From Vulcanimicrobiota bacterium (GTDB lineage: Bacteria; Vulcanimicrobiota; Vulcanimicrobiia; Vulcanimicrobiales; Vulcanimicrobiaceae): DNA of 64,000 nucleotides. The stretch lies in contig CAWCIZ010000003.1 of assembly GCA_963795855.1 (NCBI GenBank), forward strand, positions 928,001 to 992,000, read 5' to 3'. Below the pieces are notes generated by a model. The model had not been told where the DNA came from. It did no database searches and saw nothing but the letters and a program-made list of their open reading frames with translations. Below are positions 1 to 10,333 of the stretch, piece after piece; positions within the stretch are counted from its first letter, which is position 1; the number at the start of each line of letters is the position of its first letter. A program made the translations under genes and the position numbers.

Positions 1-24
1 CATGCAGGGCTCACTTGCCTGGGC

Positions 25-901
25 TCATTCCCAGCGATCGACGATTGCCTTCGCAAGCCGGCCGATGAGCAGTTGACCGGAATTGTCCGGCGTCCAGCTC
101 TGGTCCTGATTGTCGTATGTGAACGCCGAGATGACGATGGGGCCGTTTCGCGCGTACACGATCGCCACGTCGTTTCGCGCGTCGTTCACCGCGCCGGTTT
201 TGTTTGCGATTTCCAAGTTCGGCAAATAGCGCGGTATCGCGTCGCGATCGGTTTGATTCTTGAGCATCGCCAGCGCCGCTTCGCACAGCTCGCTTCCTAA
301 GCGTGTCGCACGTAGCGTAATGCTGCATGACCGAAGCCATTTCGCGGGCCGTCGTTTTTCCGAGGCCGAACGTTTTTTGATCCGCCGGCACCGGGCCGAC
401 CGGCGGCATGAAGACTTTCTTGTACAGCCAGGTGTTCTTGAGTCCGAGCGATTCGATTTCGTCGTCGATGTTCCGCAGACCGATACGATCGATGACCAAA
501 TTCGTTGCCGTATTGTCGCTTACCACGACCATCATCGTCAGCGCATCTTTGAGTGTGACGGTGAGCGGCGTATCGAAAAGACCAAGTACTCCCGATCCGC
601 CGACCTGATTTGCCTTCGTCAAAACGAGCTGGTCCGCAAAGGAGGCCCGGCCGGCTTGTATTTGCTGCAGCGCATCGTAGAGAATCGTGAGTTTTATGAC
701 GGACGCGGTCGGAACCGGCGTGTCGGCATTCAGCGCAACGGTTTTCGCCGTGCGCAGATCGGTCGCGTAAAGCGCGACGTGTCCGCGGTATCCTGCGGCA
801 ATCGCCCCGAGCTGTGCATCGAGCGCGGCGTCGTTCTGCGCCTGCGCCGGTGCGAAGAAAGCGACTGCCAGAACGAGTGCAAGAGTGCATCGCAATATCA
901 T
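25..901 (-). CDS. Secreted class A beta-lactamase-like serine hydrolase (apparent frameshift near 300)
   Basis: Signal peptide MILRCTLALVLAVAFFAPAQA; SxxK (ASVIK) and SDN in ORF 11..1159; KTG (NKTG) in ORF 25..267. Confidence 0.85.
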
Positions 902-902
902 C

Positions 903-1709
903 CTACGTTCGTTCGCCGACCCCACGCTTGAGGTCCCGCATAGCCCACTTTCCGAACACGACGTCGGGGTAGCGATCGACCAAGAGGGAGAGCAGCCGAA
1001 TGGCCTGCGTTTGTGCGTCGTCTCCGGGAAGTTGCTCAAACGTTGACGCGAGTTCCCAAGCGGAGCGCGCGTAGTCCGGATCCGCGCCGCCGCGCGAGAG
1101 CGTGAAGAACCGCTGCTCGAGATCGAGCGCCGCCTGCAGCTGATCCGCCGGCGCCGCACTGCGCACGAATCCGATCGCGTGAATGAGTGACGTCGCGTCT
1201 ACGACTGCGGCGGACGGAGAAGGCGGCGCGCCGGCCCACCGCGGCCACGGCCGCACGCCGATTCCGCGCACGAGATCCCGCGCCGCGTTCTCGCCGAACG
1301 GCGTGCCGGCGTAACGATCGCGCAGCTGCTGCAGCACGTTCAACGCACGGCTTCGCGCATCGTCGCCCGGCAGTTCTTCATAAAGCACGGCCAGATTCCA
1401 AAGGGTTGCCGGCAGCCAAGAATCGCGCGGGAAGCGCGTCCCCCAATCGTCCACCGCATCTTCGACCAGCACGGCGTCGTGCGAGATCGCGTCGGGTTTG
1501 CGACGTGCGTGGTGCAATTGATCTTTCAATGAGAATATCGTGTGACGAATGCCGAGCGGGCTGAGCTTCTCGCGCCCGAAATATTCGTCCGCGGGTGCCA
1601 GTTCGGAAAGTGAAACGGGACCGCTTGAAGCGATCCCGTTTGAAGATAAAGTACCGAACGCTGCGAGCGTTGCCAGAGAAAGCGCGAACACCAGGCTCGT
1701 CCTTGTCAT
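903..1709 (-). CDS. Secreted hypothetical protein with two helical TPR/BamD-like repeats
   Basis: Signal-like N-terminus; repeat WNLAVLYEELPGDDA..RYAGTPFG versus WELASTFEQLPGDDA..RYPDVVFG. Confidence 0.65.
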   Translation of the reverse strand: MTRTSLVFALSLATLAAFGTLSSNGIASSGPVSLSELAPADEYFGREKLSPLGIRHTIFSLKDQLHHARRKPDAISHDAVLVEDAVDDWGTRFPRDSWLPATLWNLAVLYEELPGDDARSRALNVLQQLRDRYAGTPFGENAARDLVRGIGVRPWPRWAGAPPSPSAAVVDATSLIHAIGFVRSAAPADQLQAALDLEQRFFTLSRGGADPDYARSAWELASTFEQLPGDDAQTQAIRLLSLLVDRYPDVVFGKWAMRDLKRGVGERT

Positions 1710-1774
1710 CTCTGGACCATGATCTTTCGCGGGCAACCTCGGCTGCCATGGCAGCCGGCTGAGGGCCAGGTCGC

Positions 1775-2074
1775 TTAGCCGCCTGCAATGGCGCCGACCA
1801 CGAGAAACGGCTCTGCGCCGCGTCCTACCGCATCCGGAAGCGGTGCGTCGGGCGAATCGTGTGAGAGATCGCGCTCGCACGCGAAAAACCGGATGAATGC
1901 GCGCCGCTTTTGCGTTGCAGGGTCGCGCATCGTCCCGAGCAGCATCGGAAAGCGCTCCTCTATGGCGCCGAGCACAGCGCGCTGCGTGGGCGTGCCGTCG
2001 AGTTCCACCTGCAGTTCGCCCGCGATCCTTGCGAGCGCGCGAAGATGCGCGGGAAGGACAACGCGGACGGTCAT
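1775..2074 (-). CDS. MoaD/ThiS family ubiquitin-like protein
   Basis: About 99 aa, starts MTVRVVLPAHL, ends with C-terminal AIAGG. Confidence 0.85.
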   Translation of the reverse strand: MTVRVVLPAHLRALARIAGELQVELDGTPTQRAVLGAIEERFPMLLGTMRDPATQKRRAFIRFFACERDLSHDSPDAPLPDAVGRGAEPFLVVGAIAGG

Positions 2075-2093
2075 GCCCAACGGTATCGCCGCC

Positions 2094-3209
2094 TTACGGA
2101 AGCGTCTGCGCTTCGACGGAAAGCACGGCCGGCAAATCGCGGACGATCGCCTTCCACGAATCGCCTGCATCCGCCGACGCATACACCTGACCGCCGGTCG
2201 TGCCGAAATAGACTCCGCACGATTCAAGCCCATCGACCGACATCGCGTCGCGGAGCACGTTCACGTAGCAGTCCCGCTGCGGTAAGCCGTTCGTGAGCGC
2301 TTCCCACTCGTCTCCGCCGCTGCGGCTGCGATACACTTGCAGTTTGCCGTCGAGCGGAAAATGCTCGGAATCGCTTTTGATCGGGACGACGTAAACCGTT
2401 TCCGGATCGTGCGCGTGAACGTCCACGACGAACCCGAAGTCCGTCGGGAGATTTCCGCTGATTTCACGCCAAGAGTCGCCGGCGTCGTCCGTCCGCATCA
2501 CGTCCCAATGCTTCTGCATAAACAGCACGTTCGGACGCGACGGATGCATTGCGATGCGGTGCACGCAGTGACCCACCTCCGCGTCGGGATCGGGAATGTA
2601 CTCCGACTTCAACCCGCGATTGATCGGCTTCCACGTTTTGCCGCCGTCATCGGTGCGAAACGCGCCGGCCGCGGAGATCGCGACGAAGATGCGCTGCGCG
2701 TCCGCCGGGTCGAGAACGATCGTGTGGAGGCACATGCCGCCTGCACCGGGCTGCCACGACGAGCCCGTGCTGTGCGTGCGCAAGCCGGCCAGTTCACTCC
2801 ACGTGCCGCCGCCGTCGGTCGACTTGAAGAGCGCCGCATCCTCCACGCCGGCATAGACGGTGTCGGGATCGGACAGCGAGGGCTCGATATGCCAAACGCG
2901 CTTGAATTCCCATGGGTGCGGCGTGCCGTCGTACCACTGGTGGGTGCCCGGCACGCCGTCGTACGCGAACTGGTTTCCGACGGTTTCCCACGTCTTTCCG
3001 CCATCTTCGGATCGCTGCATGACTTGCCCGAACCACCCGCTGGTCTGAGACGCGAATATCCGGTCCGGATTCGCCGGCGAGCCTTTGAGGTGGTACATTT
3101 CCCAACCGGCGAAATGCGGTCCGCCGACGTCCCACTTTTCGCGTTTCTCGTCGGACGTCAAAATGAATGCGCCCTTGCGCGTTCCTACCAATAACCGTAC
3201 GCCGCTCAT
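2094..3209 (-). CDS. BNR/Asp-box repeat beta-propeller (sialidase-like) protein
   Basis: Repeated SxDGGxTW Asp-boxes ([32 protein letters not shown]). Confidence 0.85.
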   Translation of the reverse strand: MSGVRLLVGTRKGAFILTSDEKREKWDVGGPHFAGWEMYHLKGSPANPDRIFASQTSGWFGQVMQRSEDGGKTWETVGNQFAYDGVPGTHQWYDGTPHPWEFKRVWHIEPSLSDPDTVYAGVEDAALFKSTDGGGTWSELAGLRTHSTGSSWQPGAGGMCLHTIVLDPADAQRIFVAISAAGAFRTDDGGKTWKPINRGLKSEYIPDPDAEVGHCVHRIAMHPSRPNVLFMQKHWDVMRTDDAGDSWREISGNLPTDFGFVVDVHAHDPETVYVVPIKSDSEHFPLDGKLQVYRSRSGGDEWEALTNGLPQRDCYVNVLRDAMSVDGLESCGVYFGTTGGQVYASADAGDSWKAIVRDLPAVLSVEAQTLP

Positions 3210-3302
3210 GCAAGAACCTCCGAAGGGGGCCGTCTTTGCTCTTGGGCGCCGCCTCCCTTCGCGGCGGAAGTTGCAAACTCGCCGGCGCGCGAAAGGGGCT
3301 TT

Positions 3303-3782
3303 ATGCGCAAAGTAAATTCAAATACGCTGGAAGAATTTCAATGGTCGTCGCCAAAGGGAAAATTCGTTGCCTCCGGCAGAGAAGTTTCCGAAGCGCTCGG
3401 ACGCGATCCGAAATCCACGGATTTGATGGAACGCCATCCATTCGACGTGGAGATCCTACGCATACCGCCCGGCAAAGCGGCGTACCCGTACCACTCGCAT
3501 AGCGCGCAGTGGGAATTCTACCACGTCATCTCCGGCAGCGGATCGGTTCGGCACGCCGAGGGTGCGACGCGGGTCGAGACCTGCGATGCGTTCCTTTTCA
3601 AACCCGGAGAACCGCATCAAATCCTCAACGACACGGCGCAAGACCTCGTGCTCTACGTCGTCGCCGACAATCCGATCGGCGAAACGCACTACTATCCCGA
3701 TAGTGGGAAGTGGGGCGTGCCGATTCCCGAGCGCCGCGTCCTGCGCTCCGAGCACCTGGACTATTTCGACGGCGAAGAGTAG
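3303..3782 (+). CDS. Cupin domain protein
   Basis: [19 protein letters not shown] and PGEPHQILN cupin motifs. Confidence 0.85.
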   Translation: MRKVNSNTLEEFQWSSPKGKFVASGREVSEALGRDPKSTDLMERHPFDVEILRIPPGKAAYPYHSHSAQWEFYHVISGSGSVRHAEGATRVETCDAFLFKPGEPHQILNDTAQDLVLYVVADNPIGETHYYPDSGKWGVPIPERRVLRSEHLDYFDGEE

Positions 3783-3894
3783 GCCGCGCGGCGCGCTTGG
3801 CGGCTCGAAGATTTACCACTTGCACAAAGGCGCCTTCGCGCGGCTATCCAACCGGTGGACCAACCCACCGCACGTGAAGAGGACGTAACGAACG

Positions 3895-5322
3895 ATGGCT
3901 GATCTCCGCGATTTCCTCGAACTCTCGTATGGCGAACTCGAGGAGATGAATCTCGAGGCAAAGCAGCAGCGCAAAAACCGGGCGAAGGCGGATAAGGTTC
4001 AGGAACAGCGCCTCAAGTATCTGACGGACGAAAAACGCATAAAAGCCGTCACGGTACTCTTCAGCGATCTCGAAGGCCGCCTGCAGATGCTGGATTACGA
4101 CAAAAAATTCTTGCTCAAGTCGCACGACAATCTCACGTTCGACGGCTCCTCCATCCGCGGTTTTACGGCGCAGCGCGAAAGCGATCTGCGCTTGTTCTTG
4201 GACTGGAGTTCGTTCTATTGGGCGCCCGCGGACGTGTTCGGCCCCGGCAAAGTGCTGGTATTCGGCGAAGTCGAAGATCGCGAAGGCAAGCCGTACACCG
4301 CCGACGTGCGCGGATTGCTGAAAACCTATTCGAACGAGTGTTTCGAGAAGCACGGGTACACGCTCAACGCCGCAAACGAAATCGAGGGATTTCTCTTTCA
4401 GGGGCTCGACGCGGAACGCCGGTTTCACGAAACCGGCAAGTTCGACTACGTCAACACCGGCGGTTATTATCATTCGTTGCCCGGCGACCCGCTGCGCACG
4501 TTCATCGACACGGTCGCCGAAGTACAGCGCGCGATGGGCTTTCAAAACGAAAAAGATCACCCCGAAGTGGCACCCTCTCAGTTCGAAATCAACTATTCCT
4601 ATGGCGAAGTCGTCTCGGCGGCCGATCAAATCCAACTCTACAAACTGATTTGCCGCCAAGTCGCCACGAAATTCGGCATGACGGCGAGTTTTTTGCCCAA
4701 GCCCGTCGTCGGCGTGAACGGCAGCGGCATGCATACGAACGTATCGGTCAGCAAAGGCGAGAAGAATCTGTTCTGGGAACCCAGCGGCGAGGAAAAACTG
4801 AGCGATTTCGCTTGGAAATTCGTCGACCGCATGTTGACGCACGGCAACGACGTGTGCCTCATGCTCAACGCGAGCGTGAATGCATACCGCCGGCTCGACC
4901 CGCATTTCGAGGCGCCGAACCAGATCAAGGCCTCGGCGGTGGACCGCGGATCGATGGTGCGCATTCCGATCGGCAACGAACGCAGTTCGCGCATCGAAGT
5001 CCGTTCCGTCGGCCCCGATGCCAACCCGTACCTCGTCATGCTCTCGGTATTCAAGACCGGCCTGGACGGCAACATCTCCGGCGAGAGCAACCTGCGGCAA
5101 GCGGAGCATTATTTGCCGGACAACATCTACGATGCGCTCTCGAACTTCCGCACGTCGAAGTGGACCGCGCACTTACTGGGTGAAGACGTGAAAACGCGCT
5201 ACGCCGATCTGAAACAAGCCAGCGCGGACCGCTGCCCGCGTCTGCTCGGAACGTTCGTGAAACCGCAGGAAGTGCAGTATCATCACGAAGTCTACAATCA
5301 GTACCTGTGGAATCTGTTTTAG
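3895..5322 (+). CDS. Glutamine synthetase family protein
   Basis: FDGSSIRGF, HPEVAPSQFEI, PKPVVGVNGSGMHTN, RIEVRSVGPDANPYL motifs. Confidence 0.92.
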   Translation: MADLRDFLELSYGELEEMNLEAKQQRKNRAKADKVQEQRLKYLTDEKRIKAVTVLFSDLEGRLQMLDYDKKFLLKSHDNLTFDGSSIRGFTAQRESDLRLFLDWSSFYWAPADVFGPGKVLVFGEVEDREGKPYTADVRGLLKTYSNECFEKHGYTLNAANEIEGFLFQGLDAERRFHETGKFDYVNTGGYYHSLPGDPLRTFIDTVAEVQRAMGFQNEKDHPEVAPSQFEINYSYGEVVSAADQIQLYKLICRQVATKFGMTASFLPKPVVGVNGSGMHTNVSVSKGEKNLFWEPSGEEKLSDFAWKFVDRMLTHGNDVCLMLNASVNAYRRLDPHFEAPNQIKASAVDRGSMVRIPIGNERSSRIEVRSVGPDANPYLVMLSVFKTGLDGNISGESNLRQAEHYLPDNIYDALSNFRTSKWTAHLLGEDVKTRYADLKQASADRCPRLLGTFVKPQEVQYHHEVYNQYLWNLF

Positions 5323-5340
5323 CGTAGCGTTCTGCTGCGG

Positions 5341-5517
5341 CTAAGTAGCCGTTGCGGTCGGGCTTGGGCTCGGGCTGGGACTTCTACTCGGTGTAGCCGT
5401 TGGGACGGGAGCCATTGGGCCCGCCGGAATGCCGCCGTTCGTGTTGCAGGCCGAAACAGCGGCCAGCACGCAAGTCGCGATCAGCGCGCAGAACAACGCC
5501 TTCAGTATTCTCGCCAT
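5341..5517 (-). CDS. Small 58-aa lipoprotein, absent from the ORF track
   Basis: Hand translation MARILKALFCALIATCVLAAVSACNTNGGIPAGPMAPVPTATPSRSPSPSPSPTATAT*; lipobox VSA-C; Pro/Ser/Thr tail; fills an otherwise empty gap. Confidence 0.7.
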   Translation of the reverse strand: MARILKALFCALIATCVLAAVSACNTNGGIPAGPMAPVPTATPSRSPSPSPSPTATAT

Positions 5518-5581
5518 GGCTCAGGTGGGCTATTTGTGGTCCATGAGGGCTTTTCCCGCCGCTGTTGAACATGTCGCGCCA

Positions 5582-7103
5582 ATGCGAGCACGAGCGCAAA
5601 ACGCGGCCTCCGTCGACAGCGCACGCGAACTGTTTCAGGCCGCCGAGTTTACTTCCGCCGCGGCGACACTTCGCGCGCTTCTCGAGCAAAGGCCGGACGC
5701 CGTCGATGCGGCTCTACTCCTGGCACGGATTGAGATGCGCCTCGGCGAGCCGGCGGACGCGCTTGCAACGCTGACTCGATTCGGACGATTTGCGCGTAAA
5801 AGCGCGAAACCGGAACTGACGATGCTCAAAGCGGTGGCGTTCGCGCGTTCGGGCGACGCTGCTTCCGCGCGAACGCATTTTCGTAGCGCGCAAGCGCTCA
5901 TTGGGCCGGACGATGCATCCTACCCGGAACTGATCTATCAAATCGCCGCTAACGAATGGATGGAACGCCGCCTCGATAAAGCCGAAAAGTTGCTCGAGCG
6001 TATGCCGGAGGTACGGACTAGCGAGATCGATTTGCACGCGCGAATTTTGCACGGGGCGATAGCCTCGGCGAGCGAAAATCTTGCCGCGCAGGGCGCCATT
6101 CTGCTCGATGCTATACGGTGCACCGACGCCGCGGGCGCGGACGTTTATCTCTACGGCATGCTCGTGACGCAGATTGCGTCGCTTGCACTCGAGTCTGCCC
6201 AGCACCGCGCTGCGGGACGCCGCAATCGAACGCGTGGAAACGGTAAGGTGGACAACGGATATTGCGGATCTTCACTTTCACGCTGCTCGCGCGATAGCGT
6301 GGCGACACGCTTTGGACGGCGATGAATTCAGCGCTTTTCGCCGCTTGAAAGAAGCGCTCAACGCAGCGAATTCGGACGCGTGGCGCGTCGCCGCGCTGAC
6401 GGATCGCGCCTACCTTGCCGCGGTGCTCGGCGAGCGGCGCTGGGCCGCGCAAGAGTTGCGCGACGCGCACGACCTTGCCTCGAAGATCGACTGGGCAAGC
6501 GTCGCAGGCGAGGAGAAACTCGCTCTCCCCGTGCTCGCGGAGCTTTTCGCAGGCCGCGACCCTTCAGTCGCCATCGCCTACGTGACGACGTTCAAGAAGC
6601 TCGATAGGAATTTTCCGCGTATTCTTTCGTCTCGGCGCGATCGGCGGGTCGACGCGCTCGAAGCGTTTTCGCTCGGGCGCGTGCAACTGGCGCTCGGCGA
6701 ACGCCGCGAAGCGCGGCGGCTGCTCGAAAACGCGTGGTCGATTTACGATACGCTCGGGATGCAGTGGCGCGCGGGCCGTGCGGCGCTTTCGCTCCTAGAG
6801 ATCGACGCAAAGGGCCCTTGGCGCCAGCGGGCGGATCGGGCGCTCGAGCACTATCCGCGCAGTTGGCTCGTCCGTAAGGGGGTGACGCCGGGGGCTGTCG
6901 TCGCTGCCGCGCACCACGCTCCGCAACTGACGCCCGCGCAAAGGACTGTTTTGGACTTGCTTCTGGAGGGCCGCGGCACCGACGAAATATCGCGAACGCT
7001 GGGACGCAGCGCGTTTACGGTTCGCAACCACATCAAGGCGATTTTCAAGGCGTACGGCGTCACGTCCCGAGCGGCACTCATCGTTAGAGCTACAAGAGGC
7101 TAG
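5582..7103 (+). CDS. TPR-repeat protein with C-terminal LuxR-type HTH, regulator A (apparent frameshift near 6194; start uncertain)
   Basis: Helical TPR-like N-terminus; C-terminal LTPAQRTVLDLLLEGRGTDEISRTLGRSAFTVRNHIKAIFKAYGV. Confidence 0.8.
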
Positions 7104-7110
7104 GCAAACT

Positions 7111-7545
7111 ATGGTACGCCGCTCCTTCGCCGCCTCTTTTGCCGCAGTCGCGCTTCTCTTTACACTACTCGCAGCATGCGCCGGCCCCGCCTCCATTCCG
7201 GTGGAGAGTGCAGCCGACACGGCGGTGATCCAAGAGTCCGCCAACACTTGTGCGACGACGTACACGGTTCACCGCGATGGTACCGCTCAGCGCACGGTGC
7301 AAACGTGCGGTTCCGGCACGCTGAACGAAACGCTGCCGCCTAGCGTGACGTCGAAGCTTTTCTCCGATCTGCAATCCGCGCAGCCGCTCGGAGCGCTGCC
7401 GCGAGCTCTCACCGTCGACACTGACCTCATCATCGCGTGGAATGCACAGCAGACGCCCAATATCGAAGGCGCCGGCACCAACGTTATCGAGCAATCGCTG
7501 CTGGGTGACGTCAAGACGATCGAGCAAACCTTTCCAGCTCAATAG
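7111..7545 (+). CDS. Hypothetical lipoprotein
   Basis: Lipobox LLAA-C; starts 7 bp after regulator A. Confidence 0.7.
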   Translation: MVRRSFAASFAAVALLFTLLAACAGPASIPVESAADTAVIQESANTCATTYTVHRDGTAQRTVQTCGSGTLNETLPPSVTSKLFSDLQSAQPLGALPRALTVDTDLIIAWNAQQTPNIEGAGTNVIEQSLLGDVKTIEQTFPAQ

Positions 7546-7658
7546 AGACGTCGTCGTCACGGCGGGAGCGCACGCTTGGCCATGCACCAAAGCGCCGATC
7601 CCGCATTACCTCGGCGCGCGTAAAGCTTTGAGCAGAAGTATGAACGTATCGCGCAGAC

Positions 7659-9390
7659 ATGCCGAGATTTGTTCTCGGTATGACTTCCCTTGGTACGGTT
7701 TTACGATTCGCCGCAGTTGCGGCACTTTCAGCGACCTTCGCCGCATGCGGAGGCGGGCAATCCCCACTCGACATCACCCCTGCTACGACGACAACCGGTT
7801 TCTCTACCGCGAGAACCGCGCAAACGACGACTGCTGCGGCCGCGCCGGCTCTGACGCTGTCCGGCAACGTCATCAGCGCGGATATCTACAAAATCGCCGT
7901 CAAGACGACGCATCCGAGCTGCGGCACGATGTACGTCTACTACAACAGGAAGACGACGAAATTCTATCCGTACATCGGCTATCCGATCAAAGCCGGTATG
8001 CCGATTCAAGCTTCGGGTGCGGGCGCGTGCACGAACCGCGGTTCGCTAAACGCAAACGCAGTGACGTACACGGGCGCGGCGACGCCGCCGGCTTCGGCTA
8101 CGCCAGCGCCGAGCGTGTCACCGCCTCCCGTACCGGGAGCCTTGACGCCGCCCGGCACGACGGCATTCATGCCGAGCAGCTGGGGCGAGATCAGCGCGTT
8201 CCAAGTCTTCGACGAGACTTCGAACGGTTTCATCACGCAGACCGCAGACTTCGAATGACGGATGGCGCTACACCGCCGTGTGGGGTTCGCGGTGGAACAT
8301 CGGCACCGCGTGGAACAAAAGTAATCCGTCGCTCGAGAGCGGCTACTACAATGCGCTCGAAACCGATCCGAGTTACACCGGATGGGGTGCGATCGGCCAT
8401 AATCTTGCTTGGTGGAATGCGAATCATCCCGACTGGGTGTTATACGCGTGCACGTCCGCCGGAACGCCAAGCGCGAATCCGGCGTACGTACCGGGACTGA
8501 ACACGAACATTCCGCTCGACATTCACAATCCGGCCGTCGTCCAATATCAAGTTCGCGCCATGGCGAACTATGCGCACGCGATGGGCTATCGCGCGCTCGC
8601 GATCGACGAGGCGACCTTTTGGCAAGCCGATGCCGGCGCCGGCTCCGGTTCGTATGGCTGCGGGATTCGCCAAAACGGAGCGTGGGTGCAGCGGTACACG
8701 GGCGTAAACGATCCGAACTGGGCCGCCGACGTCGTGCAATGGACGAAAATCGCGCATAGTCTGCTTACGACGGATCCGGCGCTTGCGAGGTATCATCTCA
8801 AGCTGATCGTGAACCATCCCGCAAGCGGATTGTCGGCGAACGAAACGGCGCTGTTGTCGAACGTCGATGCCGATCTGGACGAAACGGGCTATAGCGATTA
8901 CGGCCGCTACCAGACCACGACCGCCAATACGTTCGTCATGCGTACGAATTGGGCGCAGTATGCGCAGCAACACGGCACGGCAATTTTGATGAACGCAAAC
9001 TGGGGCCGCGTTGCCGTCACCGCGCCGCGCTTCGACTATTCGATCGCGACGTACTTGATGGGCAATCTGCAAGCGGAGTCGATCTTCGTCTCGCCTTCGG
9101 CGGGATACGGCTTGGAGCAGTGGCATTCGGAGTATCAGACTGCGATCGGAGCGCCATGCGGAACCTATTACGGCGGCGCTTCGTACGACGCGGCAAATCC
9201 GAGCGTCTACTACCGCCGCTTCGGCAATGCGGTGGTGGTCGTCAACGCAGGCTCGGGAACGTCGAGCGAGGTGGCACATCTGCCCGCCGGACACACATAT
9301 ACCGACCTCGCCGGCCGTCCCGTTTCAAACCCCTTGACGCTCGCTTCGAATGACGGATACGTACTGCTCACGGCCAACGGCTGTCGCTAG
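7659..9390 (+). CDS. Lipoprotein, putative glycoside hydrolase (apparent frameshift near 8248)
   Basis: Lipobox FAA-C, Thr/Pro linker, Trp/Tyr-rich catalytic-like domain, C-terminal VYYRRFGNAVVVVN beta domain. Confidence 0.65.
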
Positions 9391-9457
9391 ACGGGTGTTG
9401 AAGGCGGCCCTCGCGGGAATCGCGGGGTCGCTCGGCCTCGCGCCTCGCCAAAAGGGG

Positions 9458-9486
9458 TAGTCACGGGCTTGCCGAGCCTGTATACT
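9458..9486 (+). promoter_or_regulatory. Putative sigma70 promoter of the rpsR-rplI-lonC-dnaB operon
   Basis: TAGTCA-N17-TATACT. Confidence 0.55.
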
Positions 9487-9627
9487 CGAACCTGTTTTCC
9501 AAACGGAAATCCCCGCCCGCGGGGTAGTGGCGCGCGTCAGGCGCGTCACTTCGCTAGGGTCGCTATTCCTCGTCCCGAGATAGGGCAGGCTAGCGGCCGT
9601 CAACCACCTAGTGAAAGGACAAGAGCA

Positions 9628-9876
9628 ATGGCTAGCACCAAGGCCAAACGGGCCGTTAAAGAGCGTCGCCCTAAGCGTAAAGCGTGCAATTTTTGCGCCG
9701 AGAAAGCGCTCGATATCAACTACAAGGACGTCGCCCGTCTCAAGAAGTTCGTTTCGGAACGCGGCAAAATTCTACCGCGCCGCATCTCCGGCAACTGCGC
9801 CCGCCACCAGCGCCTGCTCACCGTCGCAGTAAAGCGCGCTCGCGTCATCGCATTTTTACCGTTCGTCACCGAATAG
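9628..9876 (+). CDS. rpsR: 30S ribosomal protein S18 (Zn-binding form)
   Basis: CNFC...[42 protein letters not shown]. Confidence 0.97.
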   Translation: MASTKAKRAVKERRPKRKACNFCAEKALDINYKDVARLKKFVSERGKILPRRISGNCARHQRLLTVAVKRARVIAFLPFVTE

Positions 9877-9879
9877 GCC

Positions 9880-10326
9880 ATGAAGCTCATTTTGCTCAAC
9901 GACGTAAAAGCGCTCGGAAAGAAGGGCGCCTTGGTCGACGTAGCGGAGGGGTACGCGCGAAATTTTTTGCTGCCCCGCAAGCTGGCGGTCGAAGCGAACA
10001 AGGGCGCACTCACGATGCTTTCCGAGCAGCAAAAGGCCAAGGCAAAGCGCGAAGCGCAGATGCTGGCGGAAACCCATGAGATGGCCAAGCTGTTGGAGAG
10101 TAAGCCGGTAGCCGTACGTGCGAAGGCCGGCGGCAACGGCAAACTGTTCGGCACGGTGACGAACGCGGATATCGCGGACGCGATCACGCAGACGTTCTCT
10201 CTGTCGGTGGACAAGCACAAGATCGAAGTGAAAAATTCCATCAAAGCGCTGGGAGTCTACCCCGTAGAAATCCGGTTAGGGAAAAACGTCGTCGCGAAGA
10301 CGACCGTCAGCGTCGTCGCAGCGTAG
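9880..10326 (+). CDS. rplI: 50S ribosomal protein L9
   Basis: MKLILLNDVKALGKKG..VAEGYARNFLLP; GKLFGTVT. Confidence 0.97.
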   Translation: MKLILLNDVKALGKKGALVDVAEGYARNFLLPRKLAVEANKGALTMLSEQQKAKAKREAQMLAETHEMAKLLESKPVAVRAKAGGNGKLFGTVTNADIADAITQTFSLSVDKHKIEVKNSIKALGVYPVEIRLGKNVVAKTTVSVVAA

Positions 10327-10333
10327 CCTCGTC

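Noticed and set aside
3783..3894. Glutamine riboswitch upstream of glutamine synthetase
   Set aside because: I cannot match the glnA-motif consensus; only a short hairpin is present
5345..5400. Short tandem repeats (gggctt/gggctc) as a CRISPR or VNTR
   Set aside because: They encode the PSPSPS tail of the small lipoprotein; there is no repeat-spacer structure
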